64,000 nt of DNA from an uncultured Bacteroidales bacterium (GTDB lineage: Bacteria; Bacteroidota; Bacteroidia; Bacteroidales; WCHB1-69): the NCBI GenBank assembly GCA_905233745.1, contig CAJODA010000007.1:1248-65247 (forward strand), in the 5' to 3' direction. The translations under genes were made by a program, and so were the position numbers. The notes beneath the pieces were generated by a model that was given only the letters and a program-made list of their open reading frames with translations, made no database searches and had not been told where the DNA came from. Shown here piece by piece: positions 59,801 through 64,000 of this stretch; positions within the stretch are counted from its first letter, which is position 1; each line of letters begins with the position of its first letter.

Positions 59801-60084
59801 GAGGCGATCTCCTCCACCTTCTTCACACCGTCCACCAGGGTGACGCAGATGCGCTTAACAACGCCATCCACGAGCATTTCACAGGCGCCGCATTTGCCGA
59901 TGCCGCAGTCCATGCTGCGCTCACGGCCGGTAAGGCTGTGACTGTGAATGGGAAACCCTGCCTGATGGAGGGCCGATGCGATGGTGTAACCTTTTTGTGC
60001 TTGTACCTGTTGTCCCCGATATTCAAACGAAACGATTTCATTTTCTGGAATATCCAGTATGGGGTGATGATGAATCTTGTACAT
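56854..60084 (-). CDS. Multidomain iron-sulfur flavoprotein: 2Fe-2S domain + NAD(P)/FAD pyridine-nucleotide-disulfide oxidoreductase + 4Fe-4S ferredoxin + BFD-like 2Fe-2S + DAO-type FAD amine/amino-acid oxidoreductase
   Basis: 1076 aa. Motifs CGIGKCGACEMLVDG, VAIVGAGPAGLAC, ILTIGAGNIGYL, CNPCTFACP plus CIGCMKCVNHCP, CHCDDV...GMGPCRGKRC, and VFVAGGGITGSGL with a DAO-like C-terminus. Confidence 0.85.
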   Translation of the reverse strand: MYKIHHHPILDIPENEIVSFEYRGQQVQAQKGYTIASALHQAGFPIHSHSLTGRERSMDCGIGKCGACEMLVDGVVKRICVTLVDGVKKVEEIASNHLPAETAAKPATAPKVFKTEVAIVGAGPAGLACREQLNKFGIPNIVIDNNDRIGGQFTMQTHQFFFFEKEQKYGGMRGFDIAKTLAGDDHSGIMLNSTVWDILEGKRVAVKNMEDNSICFVDANFLVVATGAFPFMPTFENDDLPGVYTAAVVQKMMNLQHTLLGKRILTIGAGNIGYLTSYQAMQAGAQVVAIVEAMDHEGGFPVQANRVRRLGIPIITSHTLLKAIPNEDHTGVIGAVIAECKNFKPVPGTEQVIKDIDLINICTGLKPDNLILEKGKVTFGLNTYGVGDATRVGEGTCAVLRGKQAAMEIAQSLNVRFNYDDYLAVTKDYADSQQHPIRVLDKPNRPAGDRLQKPFVMADCLYGFACNPCTFACPQGAITKIATNGVPQIDYDKCIGCMKCVNHCPGLALFGYNLPKNWLFLPFEYDAQENAEVFLVDDNGQKVGEGIIEKITKGANKTNVARVKALNVEGEKMLEVTGFILKEKYPEPLNWQKLESMEEDPAYVCHCDDVKIETILAAVKGKSIISVDELKHITRIGMGPCRGKRCIPRVKQLLAGYGVEVVGDATPRGPLSSQLNIGELVPSDKPAEFVTNVNGQPTKKVECDVFVAGGGITGSGLFRYFAEAGKKVVLCNADRGSSWRCIGGGRPSFSVPEIADIAEHNRAIFESIQKVTNINYKPTRYVGFAHDEANYKALEKSLEWSDGYMVDKKDFVKEVSPYFNPSLNTYQAACITNACWQATPGPTINYIRNIAIEHGGVLLEDTRLIEVQKTAKGFMALVKTHDKQYVEYHCEHFVNALGPSANKFAEQLGMYLGLYPIKHQAFITHRLPMLGKDGDSLDMLIDRRKYKGFSAVYGQQFAETGQIIGCASPACEQLQAGKELKYNTQDFLQVCAEMFIDWIPQLKNVSFQATWAGYYTEPRYIVDPEHGLLVGMRGHGFMLGQYLAKIYVDKYLGKEAPSYMSRLSISGDGLSENAFQ

Positions 60085-60153
60085 ACGCGTAATTATTTTT
60101 GTTGATTATTAAGTAGTTGTTGTTTTTTAGAGAATTGTTTTAAAAAAAGCTGG

Positions 60154-60161
60154 CAAATATA
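60154..60161 (-). promoter_or_regulatory. -7 box TATATTTG upstream of the fused flavoprotein gene
   Basis: Exact match, 69 nt upstream of the ATG at 60084. Confidence 0.45.
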
Positions 60162-60208
60162 CAAAAACAATGTAATAGTAGGTAGTTATGATTTCTCAAT
60201 TTTTTATG

Positions 60209-60216
60209 TATGTTTG
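60209..60216 (+). promoter_or_regulatory. -7 box TATGTTTG upstream of the PPTase gene
   Basis: Exact match, 45 nt upstream of the ATG at 60262. Confidence 0.45.
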
Positions 60217-60261
60217 CGGCTGCAATTTCAAGATTATCTTTTTTAGAGAATCGGCCGATAT

Positions 60262-60837
60262 ATGATTTATATTAACGAACATGCAGAAGAACTGGAACTT
60301 TCCTCTGCCCTGGAGCAAGTCTCCGAACAGCGGCGGGAACAGGCCCTTCGTTTCCGGCATGAGACAGGACAGCGTCTGTGTCTCGCTGTCTATCTTCTGC
60401 TGAAACAAGGCTTGTATGAGGAGTACGGCATATCGGAGAATCCCCTTTTTGGCTACAATCCTGACGGGAAGCCTTTCCTTATCGGTCATCCTGACATTCA
60501 CTTTAACTTCAGTCATTCTGGTCATGTGGCCGTGTGCGCCATTAGCGACCGGCCAGTGGGGGTAGATGTGGAGACCCTACGGCGAGTCACCCCTGAGTTG
60601 ATTGCCTACACCATGGACACGGAAGAACAGAATCGTATCAACGCTGCACCTGATCCTGCAAAGGAGTTCCTGGGTATATGGACTAAAAAGGAAGCTGTCC
60701 TGAAACTCAGCGGGGAAGGTATCCATAACAATATGAAGAGCGTGCTGAAAGACGCTTGTAATTGTGATATTGAAACAATTTTTTCGGATAGATTCATCTG
60801 TTCCATTGCACAATGGAAGAACTTGCCGGACAGATAA
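60262..60837 (+). CDS. Sfp-type 4'-phosphopantetheinyl transferase
   Basis: 191 aa. Motifs GKPFL, FNFSHSG, GVDVE, WTKKEAVLK. Confidence 0.85.
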   Translation: MIYINEHAEELELSSALEQVSEQRREQALRFRHETGQRLCLAVYLLLKQGLYEEYGISENPLFGYNPDGKPFLIGHPDIHFNFSHSGHVAVCAISDRPVGVDVETLRRVTPELIAYTMDTEEQNRINAAPDPAKEFLGIWTKKEAVLKLSGEGIHNNMKSVLKDACNCDIETIFSDRFICSIAQWKNLPDR

Positions 60838-60875
60838 AATCGAAAAACACTTTGGTTTCTTGACGGTCGAAATGG

Positions 60876-62798
60876 TTACACACTAAGGTCTAACCACTCC
60901 ATTTCTTTCTCCTCCAGTTGCTGCTTTGCCGTATCGTAGGCCTTGTACAGTTCTCCGGAGGCAATCTCCGCGGCATAGAGGTCAGGTTGCTCGAGTTTGG
61001 CTTCAATTTCAGCCACCTGCTGGTGCAACACCTCCATTTCCCCTTCCAGTTTGCGCAGGCGGTTTTTCTTCTTGCGTTCTGCAGCCTCCTGTTCTTTTCG
61101 GCGCTCATAACTCTCCTTGTTGCTGGAGACGGCCTTTTCACCATTGCTTGTACCGGTAGCCATGTTGCGCTGCAGCTCGTTGAGGGATTCAATCTTGCGC
61201 TGTTGGAGGAAGTCGTACACATCTCCCGTATAGCCCCGAAGTTGCTTGTCTTTAAACTCGTATGTCTTGGTGGAGAGTCCTTGCAGAAAGTCACGGTCGT
61301 GGGAAACCAGTATCAGGCTGCCCTCATACTGCAGCAGGGCATTCTTGAGCACGTCTTTGGAGGGCATGTCCAGATGGTTGGTCGGCTCGTCGAGGATGAG
61401 CAGGTTGAAAGGCGATAGCAGGAGCTTGGCGAGCGCCAGACGGGCCTTCTCGCCGCCGGAGAGTACTTTCACCTTCTTTTCGGTGGCTTCTGTATCGAAG
61501 AGGAAACTGCCAAGTATGGTTCTGATTTTCGGGCGGATGTCGCCAACGGCCACATCGTCGATTGTTTCAAATACAGTCTTTTCTGGATCGAGAAGTTTGG
61601 CTTGGTTCTGGGCATAATAGCCAATCACCACCTGATACCCGAGTTCCAGTTGTCCGCCCTGAGGGGCGAGTTCCCCGACAATAGCTTTCACCATAGTGGA
61701 TTTGCCTTCGCCGTTTCGGCCCACGAAGGCCACGCGCTCACCGCGCTCAAGATGGAAGTCCACCTTGTCCAGTACATTCAGCGCACCGTAACCCAACGAG
61801 AGCTGTTTGGAGTCCACCACCATACGGCCGGAGTGTGGCGCCGGCGGAAACTTAAACGTAATGGATGAAGAATCATAGTCGTCAATCTCCACGCGGTCCA
61901 TTTTTTCCAGCATCTTGATGCGGCTCTGCACCTGCCGCGCCTTTGTGGCCTTGTAGCGAAAACGCTCGATGAAGCGCTCAATCTGCGCTATTTGCTGCTG
62001 TTGGTTTTCATACGCGGCCTGCTGGTGCTCGATGCGTTCCAAACGCTGCTCCACATATTGCGAATAACTGCACTTGTAATCCTGAATGGTGCCGCAGGTG
62101 ATCTCTACCGTCCGATTTGTCACCCGGTCGAGAAAAGCGCGGTCGTGGGACACCAGAATCACGCAGCCGTCATAGTTGGCCAAATAGTCCTCCAGCCATT
62201 GGATGGATTCGATGTCAAGATGGTTGGTGGGCTCATCGAGAAGCACAATCTCAGGTTTCTGCAACAGGATTTTGGTCAGACAGACGCGCATCTGCCAGCC
62301 GTTGCTGAACTCTGCCATGGGACGCTGGAAGTCGGAGCGTTTGAATCCCATGCCGCAGAGCACTTTCTCAGCCTCACCCTCTATGGTGTTGCCGCCCAAG
62401 TGCTGGTGGCGGTCGTTGGCATCCGACAACTGCTGCGCCAGCTGCGCATATTCTACTGATTCATAATCCGTACGCTCCGACAACTCACGTGTAAGCCGCT
62501 GGATTTTATTCTCCAACTGCTTTACCTCCACAAATGCCGAGATGGTTTCCTCCCACACCGTTTTGTAGGAAGTTTCGGCCAGTTCCTGCGGCAGATACCC
62601 TGTTTTGAAACCGGTCGTGATGACCATGGTGCCGGAAGCGGGTTCCATTTCACGGTGGATGATTTTGAGCAATGTGGATTTGCCCGCCCCATTGTGGCCG
62701 ACCAATCCTATACGGTCGCGGTCGCCCGCCACAAAGGAGATGTCGCGAAACAGAAAATCGCCGGTGAAGTTGACAGAGAGTTTGTTGATTTGAATCAT
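60876..62798 (-). CDS. ABC-F family ATPase (two ABC domains, no TM region, C-terminal coiled coil)
   Basis: 640 aa. Two Walker A sites (GHNGAGKST, GRNGEGKST), two signatures (FSNGWQMR, LSGGEKAR), linker and Uup-like C-terminal coiled coil. Confidence 0.95.
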   Translation of the reverse strand: MIQINKLSVNFTGDFLFRDISFVAGDRDRIGLVGHNGAGKSTLLKIIHREMEPASGTMVITTGFKTGYLPQELAETSYKTVWEETISAFVEVKQLENKIQRLTRELSERTDYESVEYAQLAQQLSDANDRHQHLGGNTIEGEAEKVLCGMGFKRSDFQRPMAEFSNGWQMRVCLTKILLQKPEIVLLDEPTNHLDIESIQWLEDYLANYDGCVILVSHDRAFLDRVTNRTVEITCGTIQDYKCSYSQYVEQRLERIEHQQAAYENQQQQIAQIERFIERFRYKATKARQVQSRIKMLEKMDRVEIDDYDSSSITFKFPPAPHSGRMVVDSKQLSLGYGALNVLDKVDFHLERGERVAFVGRNGEGKSTMVKAIVGELAPQGGQLELGYQVVIGYYAQNQAKLLDPEKTVFETIDDVAVGDIRPKIRTILGSFLFDTEATEKKVKVLSGGEKARLALAKLLLSPFNLLILDEPTNHLDMPSKDVLKNALLQYEGSLILVSHDRDFLQGLSTKTYEFKDKQLRGYTGDVYDFLQQRKIESLNELQRNMATGTSNGEKAVSSNKESYERRKEQEAAERKKKNRLRKLEGEMEVLHQQVAEIEAKLEQPDLYAAEIASGELYKAYDTAKQQLEEKEMEWLDLSV

Positions 62799-62826
62799 TA
62801 AAGTTTAGAGTTGAGGGTTTAGAGTA

Positions 62827-62863
62827 GAGACGCGGTTTACCGCGTCTCATTATGGTAAACCGC
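62827..62863 (-). promoter_or_regulatory. Mutually exclusive hairpins in the 82-nt spacer between the dehydrogenase gene and the ABC-F gene
   Basis: H1 pairs 62827-62835 with 62840-62848 (9 bp, GAGACGCGG/CCGCGTCTC). H2 pairs 62832-62841 with 62854-62863 (10 bp, GCGGTTTACC/GGTAAACCGC). They share nucleotides 62832-62841. Confidence 0.45.
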
Positions 62864-62880
62864 ATTTCCAACCGTCGAGG

Positions 62881-63822
62881 TTATGAATTCGTGATATTCA
62901 ATTCGCGGTATATATTATGGATTACAATGTCGATACGGTCGTCGAAGGCTTCGCGGGTGGCGTATCCCACGTGGGGGACTACTACGCAATTAGGGGCTTG
63001 CAACAGGGGATGGTTGGGAGCAAGGGGTGGTTCCTTCTCGAACACGTCGATGCCGGCACCGGCCAGACGTCCATTGGTCAGGGCCTCAGCCAAGGCATCC
63101 ATGTCAACCACATTGCCGCGTGCGGTGTTGATGAGCACGGCGGTGGACTTGCACTGTGCGAGCAGTTCGCGTGAGATCAGGTGATGGGTTTCAGCGGTCA
63201 GGGGCACGTGCAGCGAGATGATGTCGCACGTGCGCATCAGTTCTTCCAGCGGCAGGTAGGCCACGCCCATGTCCAGCACCTCCTGGCGCTGGCTCCGGCT
63301 CCAGGCCACCACTTCGCAACCGAAGCACTGGAGCAGTTGCGCGGTGCGTGCGCCGATAGCACCCGTGCCCACGATGCCGACCCGCTTGCCCCGGAGCTCA
63401 CGGCCCAGGAAGTTGTTGCGCGTACCGCCCTGGCGCGTATCTGCGTCCAGTGCGGTGATGTGGCGATATACGTCTATCATAAGGCCGATAGCCAGCTCGG
63501 CTACAGCCTCCGTGGCATAACCGGAAGCGTTCACCACCTTGATGTCGTGCGCTTCACAATATGCAAGGTCAATGTGGTCCAGACCCGTGAAAGCCACGTC
63601 CAGCAGCTTCAGTTTGGGACACTGCGACAAAACAGCTGAACCGATTTTGATGTTGGATACGATGACGATGTCCGCGTCTATCATTCTTTCCACCAATGTG
63701 GAATCATCCTCTTTCCTGTCTCTATAACACTGAAATTCAAGATTGTGTTTTGCCAACTGCTCGGCGATTTCTTGCGCCTTGGCTTCGCTGATGCCAATAG
63801 GTTCGATTGCTGTTATTTTCAT
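62881..63822 (-). CDS. D-isomer-specific 2-hydroxyacid dehydrogenase family protein (phosphoglycerate/glycerate dehydrogenase-like)
   Basis: 313 aa. NAD site VGIVGTGAIGARTA and catalytic-type R/E/H context (NTARG ... DVFEKEP ... VPHVGYAT). Confidence 0.9.
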   Translation of the reverse strand: MKITAIEPIGISEAKAQEIAEQLAKHNLEFQCYRDRKEDDSTLVERMIDADIVIVSNIKIGSAVLSQCPKLKLLDVAFTGLDHIDLAYCEAHDIKVVNASGYATEAVAELAIGLMIDVYRHITALDADTRQGGTRNNFLGRELRGKRVGIVGTGAIGARTAQLLQCFGCEVVAWSRSQRQEVLDMGVAYLPLEELMRTCDIISLHVPLTAETHHLISRELLAQCKSTAVLINTARGNVVDMDALAEALTNGRLAGAGIDVFEKEPPLAPNHPLLQAPNCVVVPHVGYATREAFDDRIDIVIHNIYRELNITNS

Positions 63823-63886
63823 ATTTTCGATTTTTACTAATTAATGAGATGCATGGCCGTGCATCTTTATCACCATTCCGCCGCAT

Positions 63887-63950
63887 GCGGCGGAACCCCC
63901 AACGTTAAACACCACGCTTTATTGTTGCGGAACCTCCAACGTTACATCAC
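63887..63950. repeat. Two copies of an imperfect 17-23-nt direct repeat (CGGAACCNCCAACGTTA...) next to a GC palindrome
   Basis: Copy 1 at 63891-63915, copy 2 at 63928-63950. Palindrome CCGCCGCATGCGGCGG at 63879-63894. Confidence 0.4.
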
Positions 63951-64000
63951 TTTTTGCGATTCCACCTGCAGCACGTCGCCGGCGGTACGGTCGTACAGGA

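Noticed and set aside
58501-60105. 534-aa ORF antisense to the fused flavoprotein gene
   Set aside because: Same explanation as above: no motifs and complete overlap with a strongly supported gene.
63879-63950. CRISPR-like array at the right edge
   Set aside because: There are only two imperfect 17-23-nt repeats with a spacer of about 15-20 nt. The size and spacing are wrong for CRISPR, and no cas genes are present.
63942-64000. Possible 3' end of a minus-strand gene (...LYDRTAGDVLQVESQKVM*) at the window edge
   Set aside because: Only 19 codons are visible, which is too little to call a gene or a product.

Overview
The window looks like a largely core chromosomal segment of a Bacteroidota (probably Bacteroidales) genome. 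Three things support that placement: several proteins end in type IX secretion (T9SS) C-terminal sorting domains, TAnnTTTG -7 promoter boxes recur upstream of genes, and the order secE-nusG-rplKAJL-rpoBC-DUF3467 is typical. No rRNA, tRNA, CRISPR array, integrase or transposase was seen.

Recognisable genes include an ABC exporter tail, trmB, the ribosomal protein/RNA polymerase cluster, fba, a RelA/SpoT enzyme and dnaX. A long plus-strand string follows (bamD, rpoZ-like, coaBC, DUF4835, recN, xseB, trmD), then rpmB, uvrC, an AtoE-like transporter, trpS, prmC, an ABC-F ATPase and a 2-hydroxyacid dehydrogenase. Three T9SS-sorted proteases of different families are present (S8, C10, C25).

I did not find a clear-cut, self-contained novel multi-gene system. 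The candidates most worth a second look are:
- a single 1076-aa polypeptide fusing all modules of HcnABC / opine oxidase / archaeal proline dehydrogenase-type flavoenzymes;
- a dnaX gene whose 0-frame ends at gamma length, with the tau-like C-terminus lying in the +1 frame next to an A5 run;
- a GGTGAATGG tandem-repeat family at two loci, in each case between a stop codon and the next co-directional start codon;
- a 2.2-kb accessory islet holding a FISUMP lipoprotein, a frameshifted HTH gene and a translationally coupled DUF4160/DUF2442 pair;
- a low-GC single-gene islet encoding a RhuM-like N-terminus fused to an HKD-like (PLD nuclease-like) C-terminus, next to a relic of a T9SS cargo gene;
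- mutually exclusive hairpins in the leaders of trpS and the ABC-F gene.

All family assignments come from motif recognition by eye; no database search was possible.
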